Source: an uncultured Candidatus Saccharibacteria bacterium (GTDB lineage Bacteria; Patescibacteriota; Minisyncoccia; Phycocordibacterales; CAIRYW01). Taken from it: DNA of 48,952 nt. This document shows positions 8,637 through 16,724 of this stretch, in pieces (the first letter of the stretch is position 1; each line of letters begins with the position of its first letter). The position numbers were made by a program, and so were the translations under genes. The DNA is taken from NCBI GenBank assembly GCA_964577785.1, contig CAZOAK010000003.1, positions 1 to 48,952 of the forward strand, given 5' to 3'. The notes under the pieces were generated by a model. That model had not been told where the DNA came from. It saw only the letters and a program-made list of their open reading frames with translations, and made no database searches.

Positions 8637-8667
8637 AAAATCCTCGAACCAAAGGTTCGAGGATTTT
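8637..8667. terminator. bidirectional intrinsic terminator
   Basis: AAAATCCTCGAACC / AAA / GGTTCGAGGATTTT. Confidence 0.8.
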
Positions 8668-8684
8668 AAATTTAGAATTATTGT

Positions 8685-9077
8685 TTACTTATACCAAGAC
8701 ATTAACCAATCCTTCATCATTGCAATCTCTTTCTCCTGTGCGACAATAATCGCATTCGATAAATCCTTTATTTCTTGATGTTTAGCATCCTCAAGTGCTT
8801 GTTTTGACATTAAAACAGCACCCTCATGGTGTACAATCATCAATTTTAGAAAAGCACGATCAAATTCATCCCCAACCTTATCTGAAAGACCTACCATCAT
8901 ACCACCCATACTTGAATTCATATCCATATCAGCCATATTTTTCATCATGCTTCCATCACTCATAATATGAGTATCTTTTTCACCGAGTCTGTCCTTATCC
9001 ATAAACACCGGACCTAATCCGACACCAATTAAAACACCCAAGATAAAAACTAGTGATACTAAATATTTCTTTTCCAT
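8685..9077 (-). CDS. DUF305-family protein with N-terminal anchor
   Basis: FLKLMIVHHEGAVLM and AQEKEIAMMKDWL, the DUF305 hallmark. Last gene of the ZIP-Fur operon. Confidence 0.7.
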   Translation of the reverse strand: MEKKYLVSLVFILGVLIGVGLGPVFMDKDRLGEKDTHIMSDGSMMKNMADMDMNSSMGGMMVGLSDKVGDEFDRAFLKLMIVHHEGAVLMSKQALEDAKHQEIKDLSNAIIVAQEKEIAMMKDWLMSWYK

Positions 9078-9119
9078 AAGTTAAATATATTATTAATAAT
9101 CCAATTCTCTAGATTATAA

Positions 9120-9554
9120 TTAAACACTGCTCGTACATGATTTGCAAACACCAAACAACTCAAAAGAATGGTCATTAATAATTTTAAATTTTTTTGATTT
9201 TGCTAAAATATTTTTAGAAACTTGCTTTATTTTGCATGACTCAAAATCTTCTAACGTACCACAATTTGTACACACAATATGGTGGTGATGTCTGTCCAAT
9301 AATTCATAATGAACTGAATCCCCTCTCAAATCCACCCTGCCAATTATTTTCAATTCAACCAGTAATTCAATAGTTCTATATACAGTCACACGATCAATAG
9401 AATTATCCTTTATGCCACACAAAATCATATCTGCAGTAAGAGGAGTGTTTGATTTGGAAAGTAATTCAAAAATCTTAATTCTTGCTGGTGTGATTTTTAA
9501 ATTATTTTTACTTAATATACTACAATATTCAGTATTGATTTTATTTTTTTTCAT
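9120..9554 (-). CDS. Fur-family metalloregulator (Zur-like by context)
   Basis: Winged-helix N-terminus, HHHHIVCTNCG and a C-terminal CKSC. Confidence 0.85.
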   Translation of the reverse strand: MKKNKINTEYCSILSKNNLKITPARIKIFELLSKSNTPLTADMILCGIKDNSIDRVTVYRTIELLVELKIIGRVDLRGDSVHYELLDRHHHHIVCTNCGTLEDFESCKIKQVSKNILAKSKKFKIINDHSFELFGVCKSCTSSV

Positions 9555-9563
9555 ATAACAGAA

Positions 9564-10310
9564 CTATTCCAAAAACAATAATAAGTACATTGCGAATATA
9601 CCAATAATCACAAACACGAATTCAATGATGCTATTTTTGGTTATTTTTTGAGTTTTCAATTCCGGCACCAAATCACTTCCAGCTATGTAGATAAATGACC
9701 CAGCAGCAAATGCTGAAGCCAGTGTCAAAAAACTTTCTGATACAGATAAATAAAAAGCGGCAACAAATCCGATAATTGCAAAGACTGATGATATAAAATT
9801 ATAAAACAAAGCCTTGCCTTTTGAATAGCCTGCATGAATTAACAAACCAAAATCGCCTATTTCTTGAGGCAACTCATGCAAAATAACAGCGATAGTAGTA
9901 GCAATACCTACTGGCACACTAACGGCGTACGATACTGCTATAACCACACCATCTATAAAATTATGTAGTGCATCCGAAAATAAAATCATCTTACCAATCG
10001 GTAGTTCCTTATCATGTGCATCATCCTCAACACCATGATGGTGATGCCAGGACAAAAATCTCTCTAGTATAAAAAAACTAATTACTCCAAATAAAATAAA
10101 AATTGGTGAAATATTAGATAGTTCTTCATTTTCCAATACTTCTGGAATGAGATGGAGAAAAGCATCACCAAACAAAGCTCCTACCGCCAATCCAACCAAA
10201 GGCATAATATATTTCTTTAACTTATCGGTACTAATGAATAAAAAAATACCGCCAATTAGAGATATTAGACTAATTATCACAACACTTAAAAATCCATATA
10301 ACATGGCCAT
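9564..10310 (-). CDS. ZIP-family divalent metal (zinc) transporter
   Basis: HNFIDG and HELPQEIGDF motifs plus a His-rich loop. Start is moved to MAMLYGF because the track start lies inside a palindrome. Confidence 0.85.
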   Translation of the reverse strand: MAMLYGFLSVVIISLISLIGGIFLFISTDKLKKYIMPLVGLAVGALFGDAFLHLIPEVLENEELSNISPIFILFGVISFFILERFLSWHHHHGVEDDAHDKELPIGKMILFSDALHNFIDGVVIAVSYAVSVPVGIATTIAVILHELPQEIGDFGLLIHAGYSKGKALFYNFISSVFAIIGFVAAFYLSVSESFLTLASAFAAGSFIYIAGSDLVPELKTQKITKNSIIEFVFVIIGIFAMYLLLFLE

Positions 10311-10336
10311 AACAAAAATATAGCACATTAAAAAGC

Positions 10337-10357
10337 AAATGCAAGTGACTTGCATTT
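10337..10357. promoter_or_regulatory. 21-bp perfect palindrome, candidate Fur/Zur operator in a divergent promoter region
   Basis: AAATGCAAGT-G-ACTTGCATTT (10-1-10), between the ZIP operon and the M10 protease gene. Confidence 0.5.
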
Positions 10358-10401
10358 ATTATCTACCAAATCAAATTAAAATGTATTGTATACTAGTAAT
10401 C

Positions 10402-11346
10402 ATGAGTTTGTTCAAAAAAATAATAGAAACCATACTAGTGACAACCATACTATCCATGATTGGCTACTATTTTGTCCCTCAGTTCAAGATAGCGGTTGAC
10501 CAAAAAATTGAATGGTTATTTCCCTGCAATAGCAAAATAACATATTCTATAGGTAATTTTGATACAGAATTCGGAATTACTAGGGATGAATTTTTAAATA
10601 TTATTGAATCGAGTAAGAATGTCTGGGAAAAGGCATCTGATAAAGATTTATTTGAATACGTAGAAAATGATGGAAAAGTGATGATGAATTTAATTTATGA
10701 TAAGAGACAATCTTCCACTGACACTTTAAAAGAATTAGGTTATGTGATAAATAACGATAAAGCGACATATGATGATTTGAAGTTAAAGTACGATTCATTA
10801 AAAAAGGAATTTGAGCAAAGTAAAATCGAATTAAATAATAGTATTGAAAATCTAAAACGAGATCAAGAGTCATTTGAAAAAGAAGTAAAATACTGGAATG
10901 ATCGTGGCGGGGCACCAGAAAAAGAATATGCCAGACTAGAGAAATGGAGGGATAATTTAAATGAAATGGTTAAAAGTATAAACTCAAAACAAAATAAATT
11001 AAACCAATCAGTTAATACCATAAACTCCCTCTCCACAGTATTGAATAAACTTGGCGATGAATTAAGTTTAGATGTAGAAAAGTACAATGACAACCAAGAA
11101 GCTTTGGGAGAAGAGTTTGATCAAGGAGAATATGTATTGAGCCGAGACGGTAGATCTATAAATATTTATCAGTTTGATGATAATGATAAATTAAGAAGAG
11201 TCTTAGCCCATGAATTAGGGCACGCATTAGGCCTTACACATAATGACGACCCTAAATCAATTATGTACAAACTAAATAGTGCAACAGGACTTACACTATC
11301 AGAGAGTGATTTAAATTCACTCAAATTAATGTGTAATATTAAATAA
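10402..11346 (+). CDS. M10 (matrixin-like) zinc metalloprotease with a long coiled-coil insert
   Basis: AHELGHALGLTHNDDPKSIMY (HExxHxxGxxH plus Met-turn) and an N-terminal anchor. The start could also be 10381. Confidence 0.8.
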   Translation: MSLFKKIIETILVTTILSMIGYYFVPQFKIAVDQKIEWLFPCNSKITYSIGNFDTEFGITRDEFLNIIESSKNVWEKASDKDLFEYVENDGKVMMNLIYDKRQSSTDTLKELGYVINNDKATYDDLKLKYDSLKKEFEQSKIELNNSIENLKRDQESFEKEVKYWNDRGGAPEKEYARLEKWRDNLNEMVKSINSKQNKLNQSVNTINSLSTVLNKLGDELSLDVEKYNDNQEALGEEFDQGEYVLSRDGRSINIYQFDDNDKLRRVLAHELGHALGLTHNDDPKSIMYKLNSATGLTLSESDLNSLKLMCNIK

Positions 11347-11454
11347 TTAAAATGATATAATAAGAATCAAGAACAAAAATAATGAACAATACAAAAGCCA
11401 AAATTTTGAAGGAAAAAACAAAGGTGAGTTTGGGATTAGGGACCCAAGCGCAAG

Positions 11455-11505
11455 ACCTTTTGAGATTGTATTCAATCCAAAAGGTGAACAGATCCTGTAA
11501 GGATG
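11455..11505 (+). ncRNA. conserved RNA-like motif, copy 2
   Basis: ACCTTTTGAG..CCAAAAGGT-N8-CCTGTAAGG, the same layout as 2231-2300. The distal stem is GATTG/CAATC. Confidence 0.45.
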
Positions 11506-11643
11506 AGGAGGAAGACCTAGCTATGCTAAGTCGACTGACGAAACTTGGTTTTTTACCAAAATTTTGACTTTTGGATGTTCAAGCTTTCTTTTCTTCAAGA
11601 ATTTATTATAAGCGGTTATTTTTGTGATGGATTCTAAAAGCAT

Positions 11644-11808
11644 ATGGAAACAAAATCAATTATATGGATAGGAATGCTAGTGGGAGGGACAGTAGGAGGG
11701 TTCATTCCGATGCTGTGGGGAGATAGCGGATTTTCCATGCCTGGAATAATATTTAATGCTATTGGAGCTATTTTTGGAATTTATTTTGCCTATAAACTCA
11801 CAAATTAA
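11644..11808 (+). CDS. 54-aa Gly-rich two-helix membrane protein
   Basis: METKSIIWIGMLVGGTVGGFIPMLWGDSGFSMPGIIFNAIGAIFGIYFAYKLTN. Not in the ORF track (under 60 aa). Confidence 0.45.
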   Translation: METKSIIWIGMLVGGTVGGFIPMLWGDSGFSMPGIIFNAIGAIFGIYFAYKLTN

Positions 11809-11826
11809 TCCTAAAAAATTTTATCT

Positions 11827-12192
11827 ATGATTAAAAAATTCTTTTTTAGCTTAAAATGTGCAGGTAATGGTCTCATCACCGTTTACAAAGAGGAACAAAA
11901 TTTTAAAATAGAATTTATTCTTGGAATTATTGCAGTAATTTTAGGGATTTTTCTTGAGATAACGAAGACAGAGATGATTTTTATTATAATTTGTATCATT
12001 CTAGTAATGACCGCAGAAATAGTAAACACTGCCATGGAGGATCTGTGTGACAAGGTGGAGCCAAATCAAAATGAAAAAATTGGTAAAATAAAAGATATAA
12101 TGGCTGGATTTGTACTCATTACATCACTAGGGAGTTTGATTGTAGCCTGCATGATTTTTCTACCAAAATTCTATTCGTCTCTAAATAATTAA
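11827..12192 (+). CDS. dgkA: DgkA-family lipid kinase (diacylglycerol/undecaprenol kinase)
   Basis: 121 aa, three TM segments, and AEIVNTAMEDLCD matching the DgkA signature. Confidence 0.8.
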   Translation: MIKKFFFSLKCAGNGLITVYKEEQNFKIEFILGIIAVILGIFLEITKTEMIFIIICIILVMTAEIVNTAMEDLCDKVEPNQNEKIGKIKDIMAGFVLITSLGSLIVACMIFLPKFYSSLNN

Positions 12193-12712
12193 TTATAAAT
12201 TCAAACTTTATCCAAAGAGGCGCTAGGTTAGCTTCTCTTTCTCTAACCATATTCCTGAAATCACTTAATTCCACAAACTTAACTTCTGATACCTCATCCA
12301 AATCTAAATGTAAATCATTAATATTTAGGTCCTTTATAAGTAAATATACATCAACAAATTCATTATTTATCCTGGTTGAGAATGAATCGTTATTGTAATC
12401 CTTGAATGATTTAATCAAGATAAGATCAGTAGGATTTAATTCAATTCCTATTTCCTCTTTTGCCTCACGCATAATTGCATCTAGACTATCCTCCCCACTA
12501 TCAACATGCCCAGATGAAGAGATATGCCATAAATTTGGTTTGTTTATAATCTTTGCAGATCTTTTTTGCAAAAGAATTTGATTTTTACAATTAACAATCC
12601 AGAGGTGTGATGACTTATGCCATAATCCTTTATTATGAATCTCATTAATATCTGCCAACTTACCTGTTTTGGAGCCGTCCTCATTTAAAATGTCGATTAA
12701 TAATTCTGACAT
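12119..12712 (-). CDS. Nudix hydrolase (IDI-like layout but lacking the catalytic Cys)
   Basis: Nudix box GHVDSGEDSLDAIMREAKEEIGI. Has ISSSGH where type-1 IPP isomerases carry Cys. Confidence 0.75.
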   Translation of the reverse strand: MSELLIDILNEDGSKTGKLADINEIHNKGLWHKSSHLWIVNCKNQILLQKRSAKIINKPNLWHISSSGHVDSGEDSLDAIMREAKEEIGIELNPTDLILIKSFKDYNNDSFSTRINNEFVDVYLLIKDLNINDLHLDLDEVSEVKFVELSDFRNMVREREANLAPLWIKFEFIINYLETNRILVEKSCRLQSNSLVM

Positions 12713-12716
12713 AGAT

Positions 12717-13493
12717 TTATATTACAAAAATAAAGAAAAGTGTTGCAATAATTATCCTATAAACACCAAAAGATATAAAATCCCTTTTTTTAATAAATGA
12801 TAAAAATCCCTTAATTGCGAGAATCGCAACAGCGTATGATACCAAAAATCCAACCACAAGAGCCTGAATATTTTCCGTATTTAATAATATTTCCTTATTC
12901 TTTAGGATATCCAGAGTAGTTGCAGAAGCCATAGTAGGTACAGCGAGCAAAAATGAGTATTCAGCAATAGTCGATCGATTAATCCCGAGCATCATTCCCC
13001 CTATTATAGTGGATGCCGAACGAGAAACCCCTGGAATAAATGCAAAGCATTGGCAAAATCCAACAACAATACATTGCTTTATTGTCATTGCACCTGTACC
13101 TATTTGTCCAATCTTATTTTGACTTATTTTACGTTGATATAGCTCAAAAATTATAAGGAGTATTCCTCCAATAAACAGCGCCCATAGAACGATAGAAATA
13201 TCACCTAAGTAATCCTTAATTCTCTTGTAGACCAGCAATCCAATTATTGCAGTTGGTAAAAATCCAATAATCACCTTTTTCAAAATATCTAAATTAAAAA
13301 ATGATTTAAAGTATAAAGTGACAACAGCAAGTATTGCTCCCAGCTGGATTATTATCTCAAAACTCTTAACAAAATCAGTTTGTGCAATGTTCAAAACCTT
13401 AGCCCCGAGAATTAGATGGGCAGTAGAAGAAATAGGTAAAAACTCAGTTAATCCCTCTATAATTCCCAAAATTGTCGCATCGAATAGATTCAT
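12717..13493 (-). CDS. uppP: undecaprenyl-diphosphate phosphatase UppP/BacA
   Basis: EGLTEFLPISSTAHL and a polytopic profile. Start trimmed to MNLFDAT. Confidence 0.9.
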   Translation of the reverse strand: MNLFDATILGIIEGLTEFLPISSTAHLILGAKVLNIAQTDFVKSFEIIIQLGAILAVVTLYFKSFFNLDILKKVIIGFLPTAIIGLLVYKRIKDYLGDISIVLWALFIGGILLIIFELYQRKISQNKIGQIGTGAMTIKQCIVVGFCQCFAFIPGVSRSASTIIGGMMLGINRSTIAEYSFLLAVPTMASATTLDILKNKEILLNTENIQALVVGFLVSYAVAILAIKGFLSFIKKRDFISFGVYRIIIATLFFIFVI

Positions 13494-13608
13494 GGAATAA
13501 GTATAGAGTAGAAAGTGAAAAGTAGAAAGATGCAACAAATCCACCTAATAAAGAGTAAAGTAAGTATTTTATACTACATACCAAATACTATATACTAAGG
13601 GGATATGG

Positions 13609-13715
13609 ATCCCGTTAGAAAAACCTGAGCAGTTTTTACAAAAGAAGTATATAATATTGCGATGAAGCAGGCATTGCACAATTACAAGTACTTACTTAAC
13701 TTTTTCTAACGGGAT
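13609..13715 (+). promoter_or_regulatory. 15-bp perfect long-range inverted repeat enclosing 77 nt, with its 3' arm running into the downstream ATG
   Basis: ATCCCGTTAGAAAAA (13609-13623) and TTTTTCTAACGGGAT (13701-13715). The ATG is at 13714. Confidence 0.4.
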
Positions 13716-14988
13716 GGAGCATTTTTTCTTAGATTTATTTCAGACTCATTTTGAAACGTTCAAAAATTTTGGATATTATATTATATTTTTAGTTACCTTT
13801 TTTGAATCTATTCCCCTTTTAGGAATGCTCATTCCAGGACAATCTGTAATCATCCTTGCGGGATTTCTAGTGAAACTCCATATGTTTGGATTCTGGTTTG
13901 CAGTAATTGTAGTGACCATAGGAGCAGTGCTCGGAGATTTTGTCGGATTTTTAATGGGGAGGAAATATGGTAAACACTTTACCATTACTGAAAAGAGGTT
14001 TTACATAAAAAGAGAACAATTTATAAAAACAAAAAATCTAGTAGCGTCCCATCCTTTCAAAACCATTTTCTTTGGCAGACTACATTCGCTAACGCGCACA
14101 TTAACCCCTTTTGCCGGTGGTGCAAGTGAGATCGGTATAAAAAAGTTTTTAGCTATTGATATTGTTGCATCGTTTGTTTGGGCATTAACATCAGTATCAA
14201 TCGGATTTATATTCGGCAAAAGTTTTGAAAAAGCATCTACATTTATAGGTAGTTTTATTATGGTAGCCACAGTTGTAACAATTTTGATAATCCTTATTGT
14301 AAATTATGCCAAGAAAAAAAGGGTTCCTATTTCTAATAATGATGTATTTATTTTGATTTCATCTGCGGTTTCAATATATCTATTTTCTCTAATTGCCCAA
14401 AACCTGCATAGCGGTCAATTATTCTCGATATTTGATAACAGAATATATGCGTTAACAGACTTGATCATTACTCCAGCACTTACATTTATCATGATGTCAT
14501 TTACCACTTTGGGTGATTGGTTATCCATGACCGCCATATCAGTTATGTTTATAATCTACCTTTTTGTAAAAAGACAAAAAGCCTACGCCTTACTCTCTGC
14601 CATAATACTTGGTACAGGCTATTTATTTGTTCATTTATTGAAAGCATATTTCTTAAGGATACGCCCGGAAGGAATACTAGCTGAAAGCGGTTCAAGCTTT
14701 CCGTCCGGACATGCTACCGTATCAATGATATTTATAATCTTACTTACATATATTATATTGAGGCATTTCAAAAACAATAAGGTCAGAAATGTTTTGATCG
14801 GCACAGGATATCTAACTTCTATACTAATAGGCCTGTCTAGAGTGTATTTAGGTGTGCATTGGGCTAGTGATGTTCTGGCAGGGTTCCTATTTGGGATTTT
14901 TTATGCAACTTTTGGTATAGTGGTATTTAAGGCAGGTAAGTTCATTATTAGAGTAGCAAAGCAGAAGCATGAAATACCAATGCCGTAG
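13714..14988 (+). CDS. DedA-family membrane protein fused to a PAP2 (BcrC-type) phosphatase
   Basis: N-terminal half has LIPGQSVIILAG, GDFVGFLMGRKYG and FFGRLHSLTRT (DedA). C-terminal half has KAYFLRIRP, SFPSGHA and SRVYLGVHWASD, all three PAP2 motifs. Confidence 0.85.
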   Translation: MEHFFLDLFQTHFETFKNFGYYIIFLVTFFESIPLLGMLIPGQSVIILAGFLVKLHMFGFWFAVIVVTIGAVLGDFVGFLMGRKYGKHFTITEKRFYIKREQFIKTKNLVASHPFKTIFFGRLHSLTRTLTPFAGGASEIGIKKFLAIDIVASFVWALTSVSIGFIFGKSFEKASTFIGSFIMVATVVTILIILIVNYAKKKRVPISNNDVFILISSAVSIYLFSLIAQNLHSGQLFSIFDNRIYALTDLIITPALTFIMMSFTTLGDWLSMTAISVMFIIYLFVKRQKAYALLSAIILGTGYLFVHLLKAYFLRIRPEGILAESGSSFPSGHATVSMIFIILLTYIILRHFKNNKVRNVLIGTGYLTSILIGLSRVYLGVHWASDVLAGFLFGIFYATFGIVVFKAGKFIIRVAKQKHEIPMP

Positions 14989-15046
14989 GCAAAAGTAGCA
15001 ATTATTCAATTAACCAAGTTTCAATAGATAAACTTCAAAGATTAAA

Positions 15047-16288
15047 ATGAAAGATTATATACCAAGTAAGAAAATATTAGAAAATTATGCAAAGGTTTTA
15101 GTCAATTTTGCACTGGGTTCAGGTAAAGGTGTTCAAAAAGGAGAAACAATATACCTCACTGTAAATGAATATGCCAAGCCAATGTATGTAGAGCTGTACA
15201 AGGCAATAATCAAGCGAGGAGCTAATGTTATTACCAACTACATTCCAGATGATAAGGAGACTTATGACAAGGCCAACTCCAATGTCTCTCGCCTATTCTA
15301 TGAGTTAGCAAGTGATACACAGATTAATTATTTTCCATCGAAATATTTAAAAGGATTAATTGATGAAATAGATCACTCTATTTATATTATCTCTGATACT
15401 GATAAACACGTTTTAAAAGGTATCAATCCAAAGAAAATCATGGCTCGAGGCAAAGCGTTCAAGCCATACATGGACTGGCGTAATCATAAGGAGAATCAAG
15501 GTAAATTCACTTGGACTTTAGCACTGTATGGAACGCCAGCGATGGCTAAAGAAGCCAAAATGAGTCTTAAAGAATATTGGGGTCAAATAATAAAAGCATG
15601 TTTCTTAGACAAAAAGGATCCTATAGCGGAATGGAAAAAAGTCTTTAAAATGGTTGGGAAAGCTGAAGATACGTTAAACAAAATGCCGATAGAAAAACTT
15701 CATGTCAAAGGACCTGATGCCGATCTGTGGGTAAAGCTTGGTGAAAAGAAAAAATGGATGGGAGGAAGCGGAAGAAATATCCCCTCCTTTGAAATATTCA
15801 CTTCTCCGGATTGGAGAGGAACTAATGGCTGGATTAGATTCTCTGAGCCACTATATCGCTATGGTAATTTAATTACTGGAATAGAGTTGTGGTTCAAGGA
15901 TGGTAAAGTGATAAAAAGCAAAGCAGATCAAAATGAAAAAGTCTTGAAACAAATGATTGCAACAGAAAATGCAGATAAAATTGGAGAATACTCATTGACT
16001 GATAAAAGATTTTCTAGAATCACTAAATTTATGGCAGAAACTTTGTTTGATGAAAATGTTGGTGGCAAATATGGCAATACCCACCTTGCACTCGGTAATG
16101 CTTACCACGACTGCTATAATGGTGACCCTTCACAAATGACAGAATCTGACTGGGAAGAGCTGGGCTTTAACTCATCATCAGTTCACACAGATATCGTCTC
16201 TACTACACCTCGAACAGTAACTGCGTATATGAAAGATGGTACAGAGCAAATTATCTACAAAGACGGATTGTTTACTTTTCTGAAATAA
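15047..16288 (+). CDS. M29-family aminopeptidase (AmpS/PepS type)
   Basis: Family-typical N-terminus ILENYAKVLVNFALG plus PSFEIFTSP, NTHLALG and VHTDIV. Confidence 0.8.
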   Translation: MKDYIPSKKILENYAKVLVNFALGSGKGVQKGETIYLTVNEYAKPMYVELYKAIIKRGANVITNYIPDDKETYDKANSNVSRLFYELASDTQINYFPSKYLKGLIDEIDHSIYIISDTDKHVLKGINPKKIMARGKAFKPYMDWRNHKENQGKFTWTLALYGTPAMAKEAKMSLKEYWGQIIKACFLDKKDPIAEWKKVFKMVGKAEDTLNKMPIEKLHVKGPDADLWVKLGEKKKWMGGSGRNIPSFEIFTSPDWRGTNGWIRFSEPLYRYGNLITGIELWFKDGKVIKSKADQNEKVLKQMIATENADKIGEYSLTDKRFSRITKFMAETLFDENVGGKYGNTHLALGNAYHDCYNGDPSQMTESDWEELGFNSSSVHTDIVSTTPRTVTAYMKDGTEQIIYKDGLFTFLK

Positions 16289-16290
16289 AA

Positions 16291-16310
16291 AAGCTCTCCT
16301 AGGAGAGCTT
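16291..16310. terminator. 20-nt perfect palindrome between convergent genes
   Basis: AAGCTCTCCTAGGAGAGCTT. Overlaps the stop codon of the minus-strand gene. Confidence 0.55.
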
Positions 16311-16700
16311 GAGTTTGCTTTCAATTTCTGATGAAAGACGAGTGGGTCCTTTTGAAGTGAGAAAAAGCATCATAAACTTGGCTGCACACGCCATCTTTCC
16401 TGCTTTGTGTAGCGTCATATGAAAATGTATGTAGAATCTTTTTTCTACTCTCAAATCTATGATTGATCCTTCGACTTCATCTCCACTATAAAGATGGATA
16501 CCGTAGTCAACATCCTTGATATTTTTTACGTCGAACCCCATTCCCATCGGCTCTAGGGTAACAATGTCGAGACCCAAAGTAGCAAGAAATTTCTGTTGTG
16601 CTACTGTGAATGCCGCAAGTATTTGATAAAAATTTAGATGCCTACGGAGCTTATCGTTGGCGAATTCTGGTCCCGAAAGACTAAAGGTTGTGGTGAACAT
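16299..16700 (-). CDS. hypothetical protein (133 aa)
   Basis: Start trimmed to MFTTTFSL. The longer track ORF would overlap the divergent M24 gene. Confidence 0.5.
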   Translation of the reverse strand: MFTTTFSLSGPEFANDKLRRHLNFYQILAAFTVAQQKFLATLGLDIVTLEPMGMGFDVKNIKDVDYGIHLYSGDEVEGSIIDLRVEKRFYIHFHMTLHKAGKMACAAKFMMLFLTSKGPTRLSSEIESKLKLS

Positions 16701-16724
16701 AATCCCTGCTATAATACCCGAATA

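Noticed and set aside
10339-10355. Both divergent ORFs beginning MQVTCI
   Set aside because: This is an artefact of reading a perfect palindrome on both strands. Better starts with hydrophobic anchors lie downstream (10310 and 10402/10381).
11494-11520. SRP (4.5S) RNA domain IV suggested by GAGGAGGAAGACC
   Set aside because: The highly conserved GGUCCGGAAGGAAGCAGC core is not present, and the GGAA is not closed by a stem.
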